DNA from: a virus
Strand: one strand, 5' to 3'
DNA length: 64,000 bases
IMG/VR virus record: IMGVR_UViG_3300018082_000009
Location: 1,646 to 65,645 of that record
The notes under the pieces were generated by a model that saw only the letters and a list, made by a program, of their open reading frames with translations, searched no databases and was not told the DNA's origin. The position numbers and the translations under genes were made by a program. Shown piece by piece: positions 26,430-34,501 of this stretch. Numbering within the stretch: position 1 is the first letter of the stretch; each line of letters opens with the position of its first letter.

Positions 26430-29400
26430 AGAACTGCTGATTGACGACCACGAGTTTGAGACGCCCATCTACGTCTCCGTGCAGGAATTCACACGGAAGT
26501 GGGAAGAGGCGAAGCACCGTCGAGACAAGGCAGGCCGGTTCGCAGATACCGCCTCCGTCACGGTCGGGGACCGCCAGATTGCCGTGGTCAAACCCCGTCG
26601 AGCCGCCAAGGCTGGGGATGTGATGGTGCCGCTGGACGTGGTCCGGTTCGATGAGGAATTCCAGCGGGAGGAAGGGTTCTATCTTGGAGTCGGAGGCCAT
26701 GGAGGCATCGGCAACCGCTACGAACGCTTCGGGCAGTTCATCGGACAAGCAAACTCCATTGAAGCCGCCGAGGTTACGGTCCAAGAGAATGGCCGGGTAG
26801 GGTTCACCAACGGACGCCACCGGTATGCATGGCTTAGGGACCAAGGGCTCACCTCCATCCCCGTGGCGATGACCCCGGAGTCAGCCAAGCACGCCAAGCG
26901 GTATGGGCTCCTCGCTCCAGTGAAGAAGGCGTGGGATGAGAGCCAGCATCCACGGGATGCCGAAGGGCAGTTTACCGCACAAGGTTTGGTGGCGTTGTTC
27001 GCAGAAGGCAAGAGCCCCACAGGCGCACAGATTCTTGTATCAGCAGAAGACTGGGGTTACGGGTCTACTAAGTTCATTCTCCCCAGCGGGAAACGACTCG
27101 CTCACATGCAGGATACCCACGCTGCCGCCGCGCATGCGTTGGGGGTGGATCTGGATGATGTGATGCGGGCGGGGATCCTGCGGTATACCCCCGGCTCTGG
27201 CGCAGAGATTGGTGCGCCGATGACGAAGGCGCAAGCGCAGCATCTGGTGGATTCCACCATCGAGTCTGGAGGTAATCACCCGTTGTTTGTGGACGTGTTC
27301 CATGGAAGGGAACGCTTCGCCAAGGTCTTTGACCCTGATCGGACGAATGCGAATACTGTCCGGAACTGGGTGAATTCGCACTTCAAAGTGCAGAAGGGCG
27401 AGCATGCCTTCGGCAATACCCAGATCCAGATCGCCCCTACCAGTTCAGCCGCCATGAGTCTGAACATGGCCCGAGACGCCATCAGCGATGATGACGTGAT
27501 GGCCAGCGGCAAGGACGTGGATCCCAACCACTTGACCGTCCGCTTCGGCCTCCTTAACGAGGACTTGAACAAGCTTCGCACCTTCATCACCGAACAGACG
27601 CCGTTCACTGCATATGTGGAAGGCGTGGAGTTGTTCCCGGTCAGCGATCACAGCGATGGAGCCGTGCCGGTGGTGGCGGTCATCGAGAGCCCGGAACTAC
27701 GGGACATCGAGGCGGAGATTGGGAACTACGCGGACTTCAAGGAGAAGTCGTTCCCGGTTTACAAACCCCACTGCACACTGGCGTACTGTAAACCGGAGGC
27801 CGCACCCAAGTACAAGGACTTGGCTGTGGGAGGCTCTTTTACGGTCCAGAGCATCACCATCAGCCACCAATCTGGGGTGTTGGAGACGATTCCCTTTGGC
27901 ATGGTGGCCAAGCGGGAGTGGACAGAGGCCCAACACCGTCGTCAGCCCAAAGGCTCTGCCCACGGTGGGGAGTTCGTGGCAGGGCCGAAGGACGCACTGG
28001 AGTCCATGCTCCATGGGGAGAAGGTCGGCATCGCACGGGGAGACGTGCGTAAGCTCTTGGAGAAGGTGCTGGAACAGAAAGAGGATCCCAACCTCACCCA
28101 CCTTCAAGTCGAGGGGATGACCATTTTCGGTGGGGAGGGGTTGGGTATCAAGCGGGAGGACATGCCGCAGGTTCCCAAGGTGCATCGTCGTCAATTTCTG
28201 CAGGAAATGGAGGCCAATGGTGTCAAGATTCTGGAGGAGACAGTTGATCCTCTGACACTCAAGCCTACGCAGAAGGAGATTGGTGCCCGGAACGTGGCGG
28301 AGAAGCTGGAGCGGTATGAGAAGGGGGGTAAGGTGTTTCCTCCTCTGCTCGTCTCCAGTGAGGGACGCATCCTCGACGGGCATCATCACTGGGGCATGAT
28401 GGCGGCATTCGCCGTGGACGTGCCAGAGGCCAGAGTCCCCATCTACCGGCTGATGGTCAGCACCAAGAAGGCGCTGGCCCTGATGCATGCCTACAACAAG
28501 AAGCATGGTATCGAACGGAAGGCACTGGGACAGAAGAAGGATCCGGTATCGGGAAGGTATGTCACCCCGTTCGTGGACTTCAGCCAGCATGGCAGTCAGC
28601 AGTTGCAATTGATTGCCAGCCTGAACAGCAGTCGTCTGGCGACATGGGGCTTCACGGCGGAGGCCGAGGTGCTGGGCATGGCCCGGTACAAGCTCACAGC
28701 GGTGTTGGATGGGCGCACCAGTCAGTTCTGCCGGTTCATCGACGGGAAGATTTTCAATGTCCCAGAGGCCCGCAGGAAGGTCATTGAGGTGCTGGAGGTG
28801 CAGAACCCGGAAGACCTTCGGGTGGTGCAACCATGGCCCAAACAGACCCGAGCCGCCATGGCCGCGTATGCGGAGATGTCATCAGCCGAATTGACCGAGC
28901 GTGGTCTGCATATTCCCCCCTACCACCCCTACTGCCGCACTATCTGCCGAGCCATTGCTTCCAGTGCGGGGAAGGTGCTGAGCACGGTGCCCACCATCCC
29001 CGCAGAGGTGGAAGCCTTTCAGCAAGTCACCGCAGCGGACCTGAAGGAGATGGGTGTCGAGGCCACCCCCGAACAGGTAGCCCAGTGGAACGAGCACGTG
29101 GGCATGACCCCCGTGGAATTGCTCTCCAAGCTCTCACAACTCCCTCCGCAGGAGGTGATGACCAAGGGGCAGGGAGTCGGGACCAGACCTGTCACCTTCG
29201 ACGCAGATGGAGACATTGGGTTCAAGGTCAACGGAGAGACACCGTCTGGAGTGGAGTTCAAGCTGAACGCCATACTGGAGCCCTTCACCGGCACGTATTA
29301 CCTGACACAGGCGGAGTTACTGGCAGGCAATCCCAAGGCGGAATTGCAGTTCCTGAAGACGCTTTTCATGAACTTCATAGAGATGGGGATGAAGTCCTCT

Positions 29401-29748
29401 GCCACGTCTCTCGCCATCGGAGTGGCAGGCAATGCACCCTATTATGCTCAATTGGGTTTCCTCCCAGACGAATTGGAGTGGGACTCCCTCCGGCTCTATG
29501 CCCAAGGGCAGTTGGAGAGTGAGGTGCTGCAGCCGGTGTTGGCGTCATTGACGGCCGAGGACCGACTGCTCGTGGAGCATCTGCTCCAAGACCATTCACC
29601 ATGGGCGATGTCAGCCCTCGTGGAACTGCCCTTCACCTATGAAGGGAGGACCATTGGGGAGTGGTTATTTGCAGAGGCATCTGGCACGTGGGCGCTGGAT
29701 CTGACGGATGATTTGCTGGTGGCACAAGCCAGAGGACATCTCGCATGA
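26419..29748 (+). CDS. head polyprotein: ParB-like, unknown, 2H phosphoesterase, ParB-like, MuF (SPP1 gp7-type) core, GNAT-like tail
   Basis: NGRHRY (~26810); HLT (27529) and HCT (27769); DGHHHW (28375); AVLDGRTSQFC (28699) and PPYHPYCR (28915); YYAQLGF (29440). Confidence 0.85.
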   Translation: MTPEELLIDDHEFETPIYVSVQEFTRKWEEAKHRRDKAGRFADTASVTVGDRQIAVVKPRRAAKAGDVMVPLDVVRFDEEFQREEGFYLGVGGHGGIGNRYERFGQFIGQANSIEAAEVTVQENGRVGFTNGRHRYAWLRDQGLTSIPVAMTPESAKHAKRYGLLAPVKKAWDESQHPRDAEGQFTAQGLVALFAEGKSPTGAQILVSAEDWGYGSTKFILPSGKRLAHMQDTHAAAAHALGVDLDDVMRAGILRYTPGSGAEIGAPMTKAQAQHLVDSTIESGGNHPLFVDVFHGRERFAKVFDPDRTNANTVRNWVNSHFKVQKGEHAFGNTQIQIAPTSSAAMSLNMARDAISDDDVMASGKDVDPNHLTVRFGLLNEDLNKLRTFITEQTPFTAYVEGVELFPVSDHSDGAVPVVAVIESPELRDIEAEIGNYADFKEKSFPVYKPHCTLAYCKPEAAPKYKDLAVGGSFTVQSITISHQSGVLETIPFGMVAKREWTEAQHRRQPKGSAHGGEFVAGPKDALESMLHGEKVGIARGDVRKLLEKVLEQKEDPNLTHLQVEGMTIFGGEGLGIKREDMPQVPKVHRRQFLQEMEANGVKILEETVDPLTLKPTQKEIGARNVAEKLERYEKGGKVFPPLLVSSEGRILDGHHHWGMMAAFAVDVPEARVPIYRLMVSTKKALALMHAYNKKHGIERKALGQKKDPVSGRYVTPFVDFSQHGSQQLQLIASLNSSRLATWGFTAEAEVLGMARYKLTAVLDGRTSQFCRFIDGKIFNVPEARRKVIEVLEVQNPEDLRVVQPWPKQTRAAMAAYAEMSSAELTERGLHIPPYHPYCRTICRAIASSAGKVLSTVPTIPAEVEAFQQVTAADLKEMGVEATPEQVAQWNEHVGMTPVELLSKLSQLPPQEVMTKGQGVGTRPVTFDADGDIGFKVNGETPSGVEFKLNAILEPFTGTYYLTQAELLAGNPKAELQFLKTLFMNFIEMGMKSSATSLAIGVAGNAPYYAQLGFLPDELEWDSLRLYAQGQLESEVLQPVLASLTAEDRLLVEHLLQDHSPWAMSALVELPFTYEGRTIGEWLFAEASGTWALDLTDDLLVAQARGHLA

Positions 29749-29921
29749 AGACCCTCAAACCCCTGACCGTGAAGAACATGGATGAGCCGGTGGCGGCGGT
29801 CATCACTGCCTCGACCGCTCCGAAGGCCAAAGTTACACAACGGGCGTATCAGCAACTGGTGACTCGTCAAAATGTGACCCCTGAGCGAGCCAAGCAGTTG
29901 TTAGGCTGGGGTGAAAAATAG
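29745..29921 (+). CDS. 58-aa hypothetical protein
   Basis: ATGA overlap with the MuF polyprotein stop. Confidence 0.5.
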   Translation: MKTLKPLTVKNMDEPVAAVITASTAPKAKVTQRAYQQLVTRQNVTPERAKQLLGWGEK

Positions 29922-29993
29922 TTGTTGCATTGCCCAGACCTCCTGTAAAATAGCCCCGGCCTTCGTGCAATCAGTTGCAATATAGGAGAGAGC

Positions 29994-30419
29994 ATGCCTC
30001 TGCACCATACGGGTCTGGTGTCTCGCCGGGAACTGGACCATCCGGAGGAGAAACCTCGTGAGGTGCCTACCTTTGAACACGTCCTGAAATACAATCCTCA
30101 TCATGGTCCCGATGGACGCTTCACGAGTGGTGGGAGCAAGCGTGGGCACATTCAGGGACTCAGTAAGCTGCCCGTTCGTGATTGGCCTTCACTTCAAGGC
30201 CCGACAGGTGGACGACACATCCCCGGACTGAGTCCCCTCGCTGTTCGTGATTGGCCCTCACTCCAAGCCAAGGGAGTGCAGCGGGCACTGGATGCTTCTG
30301 TGAGTGGACCCGCTACTCCTGAAGCGGCCCATATCCGCCGACAGGCGCACACGTCGTTCCAGACCAAGAGTGGACAGAAGCACACGCTGAACCCGGCCAA
30401 GAGCACCTTCCGGATTTAG
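29994..30419 (+). CDS. small tagged basic protein
   Basis: GGAGAG RBS; HVLK|YNPHHGPDGRF. Confidence 0.7.
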   Translation: MPLHHTGLVSRRELDHPEEKPREVPTFEHVLKYNPHHGPDGRFTSGGSKRGHIQGLSKLPVRDWPSLQGPTGGRHIPGLSPLAVRDWPSLQAKGVQRALDASVSGPATPEAAHIRRQAHTSFQTKSGQKHTLNPAKSTFRI

Positions 30420-30421
30420 TC

Positions 30422-30901
30422 ATGCCCCTCACGACGGGATTCACGACCCGTGGGTTGGCCCTGAAAGGGAAGGGTCATATCCATACGGACAAGTGGCATC
30501 GGTGCATCGAGCACGTGGAGGCCAAGGGCGGCGGCTATGAGCCGCATGCCGTCTGCACCCACGCCATCGGCTACAAGGAATCGATCAATCCGGAGCACCG
30601 CACGCCCGGACCCCATGCCTCCGCCAACACACGACGGTTCAAAGAGTCTGCAAAGAGACGCCGGGAGGCGAAGGAAGCTCAGGATTACGCAGCCATTTTG
30701 AAGCTCGATGTGCATCGTGTGTTGAAAGACCATAAGTGCTGGGGACATGAGTGCGGTGGAAAAAAGCGTCATCCCTCTGATCCCGCCCCGAATGCGGATG
30801 CCAGACCAGCACGGGATGCCAGTGCTAAGCCAGCGGCAGATGCGGACGCTAGACCGTATGACGTAGCCGAGCGGTTGAAGCGGAAGTACTTCAAGAAGTA
30901 A
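30422..30901 (+). CDS. His/Cys-containing small basic protein
   Basis: KWHRCIEHV..HAVCTHAIG; HKCWGHEC; several xLK sites. Confidence 0.65.
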   Translation: MPLTTGFTTRGLALKGKGHIHTDKWHRCIEHVEAKGGGYEPHAVCTHAIGYKESINPEHRTPGPHASANTRRFKESAKRRREAKEAQDYAAILKLDVHRVLKDHKCWGHECGGKKRHPSDPAPNADARPARDASAKPAADADARPYDVAERLKRKYFKK

Positions 30902-30903
30902 CC

Positions 30904-31113
30904 ATGCCGTCTTACGTAGCAGTGCTGAAGTTCAATTCGAACCATGACCAGACAGGTCGGTTCGCAGCGGGGAAGTCCAAGGGTGGTACCCTGCACTTCA
31001 GGAAGTCACCGGGAAAAGCCAAAGCCCAAGGCGGGTTGTTTGATCTGTTGGACATGTTGCGTGGAAAGAAGACCCCGAAGCCGAAGCTGGGGCCAGTCGT
31101 GAAGATCAAGTAG
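30904..31113 (+). CDS. small tagged Lys-rich protein
   Basis: AVLK|FNSNHDQTGRF. Confidence 0.65.
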   Translation: MPSYVAVLKFNSNHDQTGRFAAGKSKGGTLHFRKSPGKAKAQGGLFDLLDMLRGKKTPKPKLGPVVKIK

Positions 31114-31115
31114 CC

Positions 31116-32087
31116 ATGCCACTCACCGAAGGATTGGTCAGCAGGAAGATGTGCATCGGTCCCCCGACGCAGGGGTATGCCGAGAAGCGCAAGAAGAAGC
31201 CTGCCTTTGCGGTGACTTTGAAGTTCAACCCCCACCATGACAAAGAGGACGGGCGTTTTACCTTCGGGTCTGGTGGTGGGAAGAGTGGTTCGAAGCGCAC
31301 CCCTGCTCAGCAGGCCATACAGGATGCATTTGCCAGACAGGAGAAGAAGCCCGTCCACAAGGTGAAGACCGCCGAAGAGGCCGTCGCACTGGTCCTGAAG
31401 GGAGAGAACGTCGAGATTCAGGACACCAAGGACGTGCATACGGTGCTGAAGAAGCTGGGAGAAATGGCTATCGAGGCTAAGAGCAAGGGCTCTAAGGCCC
31501 CGAACTTTGATCCCTGCACCATCACCGTCAAAGGCGTCAGCCTCTTCTGCACGGAGAAGATTCGCACGGAGGAATTCCCCCACGGCATCCCTCGCATTGA
31601 GATGCCACAGTTCAAATCCTTGACGCCCATCGAGGGAACAGACGCGGACAAGCTCCCACGGGATGATCAAGGAGAGGTGGATGCGAGCGGAGCCTTTCTC
31701 TCGCACCTCAAGGAGTTGGGTGTCGCCACTGAGGTGAAGTCCGTGCTTGCCCGGAAGTTGAAGGCCAGTCAGGCCGAGATGGAAGGGTCTAAAGTCGCGG
31801 GGATGATGCTCAATGAGAAGCGGAACCCCAAGGAAGCGCACATCTGGGTGTCCAAGGACAACTACGTCATCGACGGACATCACACGTGGGCGTCAGCAGT
31901 CGGTCGAGACGCAGAAGACGGCAACCTTGACAACGACATGAAGATGAAAGTCGTCGTAGTCGATATGCCCATGTCCGAGGTCTACCACTTGGCGAAGAAG
32001 TGGACTCGTGCGTATGGGTTGCCGGGACATGGGGTGGCAAAGCGTGAATTCAGGCACGTGTTAGCTGGTAGCCAAAAAGGAGAGTAG
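31116..32087 (+). CDS. tagged ParB/Srx-like domain protein
   Basis: Tag at 31224; GIPRIEMPQ, LKASQ, IWVSKDNYVIDGHHTW. Confidence 0.75.
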   Translation: MPLTEGLVSRKMCIGPPTQGYAEKRKKKPAFAVTLKFNPHHDKEDGRFTFGSGGGKSGSKRTPAQQAIQDAFARQEKKPVHKVKTAEEAVALVLKGENVEIQDTKDVHTVLKKLGEMAIEAKSKGSKAPNFDPCTITVKGVSLFCTEKIRTEEFPHGIPRIEMPQFKSLTPIEGTDADKLPRDDQGEVDASGAFLSHLKELGVATEVKSVLARKLKASQAEMEGSKVAGMMLNEKRNPKEAHIWVSKDNYVIDGHHTWASAVGRDAEDGNLDNDMKMKVVVVDMPMSEVYHLAKKWTRAYGLPGHGVAKREFRHVLAGSQKGE

Positions 32088-32092
32088 AAGAC

Positions 32093-32725
32093 ATGTCAAG
32101 ACTCGCAATCATCACGTTCCTCGATCAGCGGACAGGCGGGGACATCGACAACACCCTGCCGGGTGGGCCGGTCTATCCGGGGCAGGGACTGCCCGGTGGT
32201 CCGAACTATCCCAGTCAGGGACTGCCCGGTGGCGGGTATCCCTCGCAGGGCCTCCCCGGTGGACCGAACTACCCCTCGCAGGGGCTCCCCGGAGGCGGCT
32301 ATCCGTCGCAGGGACTGCCGGGACATGGACACCCCGACAATTCGCTGCCCGGATTCCCCGGCTTTCCTGTTCACCTTCCCGTATACCCCTTCGACCCGAC
32401 CGATCCCGGCTTCGGTGTGGGCCGTCCCGACCGTCCCGATCAGGGTCTTCCCGGCAGCGGTGCTCGTCCCGATCAGGGATTGCCCGGTTCAGGTGCGCGT
32501 CCCGATCAGGGCCTGCCGGGTCAGGGTGGACACCCCGACAACACCCTGCCCGGTGGCGGTGCTCGTCCGTCGCAGCCGATTCACGACATCCGTCCCGGCA
32601 TGCGGTTCATGGTCAAGTGGCTCGTGTGCGGGGGACTGATTCTGGTTCCCGACAACGAACTGCCGTCAGGACCGCCGCCCACGGCCGGTCAGCCGCTGCC
32701 GCCGACGCCCGAGCCGAAGAAGTAA
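32093..32725 (+). CDS. Pro/Gly-rich repeat protein
   Basis: 8 copies of QGLPG and 3 of DN[TS]LPG; strong RBS. Confidence 0.75.
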   Translation: MSRLAIITFLDQRTGGDIDNTLPGGPVYPGQGLPGGPNYPSQGLPGGGYPSQGLPGGPNYPSQGLPGGGYPSQGLPGHGHPDNSLPGFPGFPVHLPVYPFDPTDPGFGVGRPDRPDQGLPGSGARPDQGLPGSGARPDQGLPGQGGHPDNTLPGGGARPSQPIHDIRPGMRFMVKWLVCGGLILVPDNELPSGPPPTAGQPLPPTPEPKK

Positions 32726-32738
32726 GTCGCTAGACAGG

Positions 32739-32774
32739 GTTGGCAACTGGTTGCACGAAGGACCAGTTGCCAAC
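32739..32774. promoter_or_regulatory. 13-bp perfect inverted repeat upstream of the protease gene
   Basis: GTTGGCAACTGGT-10nt-ACCAGTTGCCAAC; overlaps a variant of the dispersed palindrome. Confidence 0.55.
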
Positions 32775-32791
32775 TTCGATTGAGAAATCCT

Positions 32792-33373
32792 ATGTCCATC
32801 GTTCTCAAATCAGATGACCAGCACCTCGTCTATGGCGAGGTGTATGCGCCGAACCGCCCGGATGCACAGGGCGAGTACATGACGGCGTTTGAGATTCGGA
32901 AGATGGCGCATGAGTTCATCCGCTCCGGGAAGATGGGGCAGATTGACCTGATGCACGGCAACAAGGTCGTCAAGGGTGCGAGTGTGGTCGAGTCGTTCGT
33001 CGCAGACGAGACAGACTCCCGCTTCCTCCCCGAGTCATGGGTGATTGGTGTTCACATCCCTGACGATGCCCTGTGGGCCTCCATCAAGAAGGGTGAAATC
33101 AATGGTTTCAGCATGGAAGCCTTGGTGACGCGGCATGACATGGAGTGTGAAGTCGAAATTCCTCCGGTCGTGACCGGCCTCACCAGCAAGCATGAGGATT
33201 TGCACCAGCACAAGTTCTTTGTCACGTATGATGAGAAGGGGCAGTTCAAAGGTGGCATTACAGACACGGTGAACGGGCACTATCACAGCATCGTGGCAGG
33301 GACTCATACTCAAGACGCCGCAGGCCATCGGCACCGCTTCTCTTCCGTAGACAATGTCCGAATTTTAGGGTAA
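32792..33373 (+). CDS. XkdF-like prohead serine protease
   Basis: LVYGEVY.P...DAQGEYMT..EI.KMAH.F, IDLMH, VVESF, SWVIG, W..IKKGEINGFSME. Confidence 0.9.
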   Translation: MSIVLKSDDQHLVYGEVYAPNRPDAQGEYMTAFEIRKMAHEFIRSGKMGQIDLMHGNKVVKGASVVESFVADETDSRFLPESWVIGVHIPDDALWASIKKGEINGFSMEALVTRHDMECEVEIPPVVTGLTSKHEDLHQHKFFVTYDEKGQFKGGITDTVNGHYHSIVAGTHTQDAAGHRHRFSSVDNVRILG

Positions 33374-33377
33374 CGTC

Positions 33378-34454
33378 ATGGCGACAATTAAGACGAAGTT
33401 GAAGCAGTTGCGGAATGCCGATGTCCGGTACATTTCACTGGTGGACCGGGCGGCGACTCGCATCCCGTTCCGAGTGCTGAAACGCAATAAGGAGAGCAAG
33501 ATGGGCATTGATCTGACGAAGGTGTTCAAGTCGGAGAACACAGACAAGCCGTACGTCTCTGCCTTGGTGGTCTTTGCCCAGAAGAACGAAGCGGCTGGCA
33601 ACCAAGTGCAGGACGCCATCAAGAAGTACGGCTTCAAAACGGACAAGGTCCAGAAGTCCGATGATGGCGAAACACTGGTCTACGCCCAGCAGGAAGCCAA
33701 GGGTGAGACGATGGTCGTGCGCCTGAGCGACCAGTTGCTGGTCACCGTGGGCGGGCTCCGCACCCCTGAAGGCTGGGTGGGCGCACTGGTCGAGGAGAAT
33801 GGATTCTTCCCCGACCTGAAGTTGGCCACCTCCGCCCTCCACGAGCAGATGGCGCTCGTGGCCAAGTCCGACAGTCCGCAGGAAGAGGCGCAGGCGGCAT
33901 TGGAGCACTACGGCTCCTACCTCCAGCAGATGTTCGTCCTCCCGTCCAATGCCTACGCACTGGACGAGGCCATCGGGGAAGTCATCAAGAAGTGCTCCTG
34001 CGAGGAGAAGACCGAGGTCACGGACGAGACGAAGACCGAGGTCACGAAGGAGTCGGAGGAAGACGAAGCGGCTCGCAAGAAGCGTCAGAAGAGCCATCCT
34101 CCCGCCGAGATGGCCCCCGCCGACGAGGATGCTGATCAGGAACCCCCACCTCCCGACGAGGACGCGAAGAAGGCGGATGTGGCTATCCTCGCCGCCCTGA
34201 AGGACATCGGCACGACCGTGGCCGGTCTGTCCACCAAGTTGGAGACGGTCGTCACCGAGCAGGCCAGCCAGAAGAAAGTGCTTGACGAGGTGGTACAGAA
34301 AGCTGACACTCTGGGGACCAAGTTGGGCACGACGCTGACCGCTCCCCCGGTGTCCGAAGATCGTCCTGCCCCGGCGCGGATGCGGGTCACGAAGGACGAG
34401 GATCCTCGCACGGGGAATTTTGACACTGCGTTCCTGCGTCGTCGCAGGAGCTAG
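33378..34454 (+). CDS. capsid scaffold protein with N-terminal ISLVDRAA segment
   Basis: Lies between protease and MCP; acidic/helical; many V-x-K-[SA]-[DE] sites. Confidence 0.75.
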   Translation: MATIKTKLKQLRNADVRYISLVDRAATRIPFRVLKRNKESKMGIDLTKVFKSENTDKPYVSALVVFAQKNEAAGNQVQDAIKKYGFKTDKVQKSDDGETLVYAQQEAKGETMVVRLSDQLLVTVGGLRTPEGWVGALVEENGFFPDLKLATSALHEQMALVAKSDSPQEEAQAALEHYGSYLQQMFVLPSNAYALDEAIGEVIKKCSCEEKTEVTDETKTEVTKESEEDEAARKKRQKSHPPAEMAPADEDADQEPPPPDEDAKKADVAILAALKDIGTTVAGLSTKLETVVTEQASQKKVLDEVVQKADTLGTKLGTTLTAPPVSEDRPAPARMRVTKDEDPRTGNFDTAFLRRRRS

Positions 34455-34501
34455 TCCGCAGGAGTTCTTAACGCGGCGTTGATTTTTGAGCAGGAGTAGC
34501 C

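Larger units (their letters stand above)
17702..31259 (+). repeat. dispersed peptide-tag repeat (xxK then W/F/Y..H/QPR...G[RQ]F), 13 full copies and 1 short copy
   Basis: Copies start at 17702, 18053, 19402, 20257, 22732, 24807, 25724, 26500, 26929, 27913, 28537 (short), 30090, 30931, 31224. Confidence 0.9.

Noticed and set aside
4533-28830. Long minus-strand ORFs (e.g. 4533-5648, 9042-10142, 17663-19078, 22117-23232, 27697-28830)
   Set aside because: Antisense shadows of high-GC3 plus-strand genes; no RBS or recognisable motifs.
17702-31259. Tag repeats as CRISPR-like or att-like DNA repeats
   Set aside because: Conserved at the protein level only; the nucleotide sequences diverge and spacing is irregular.
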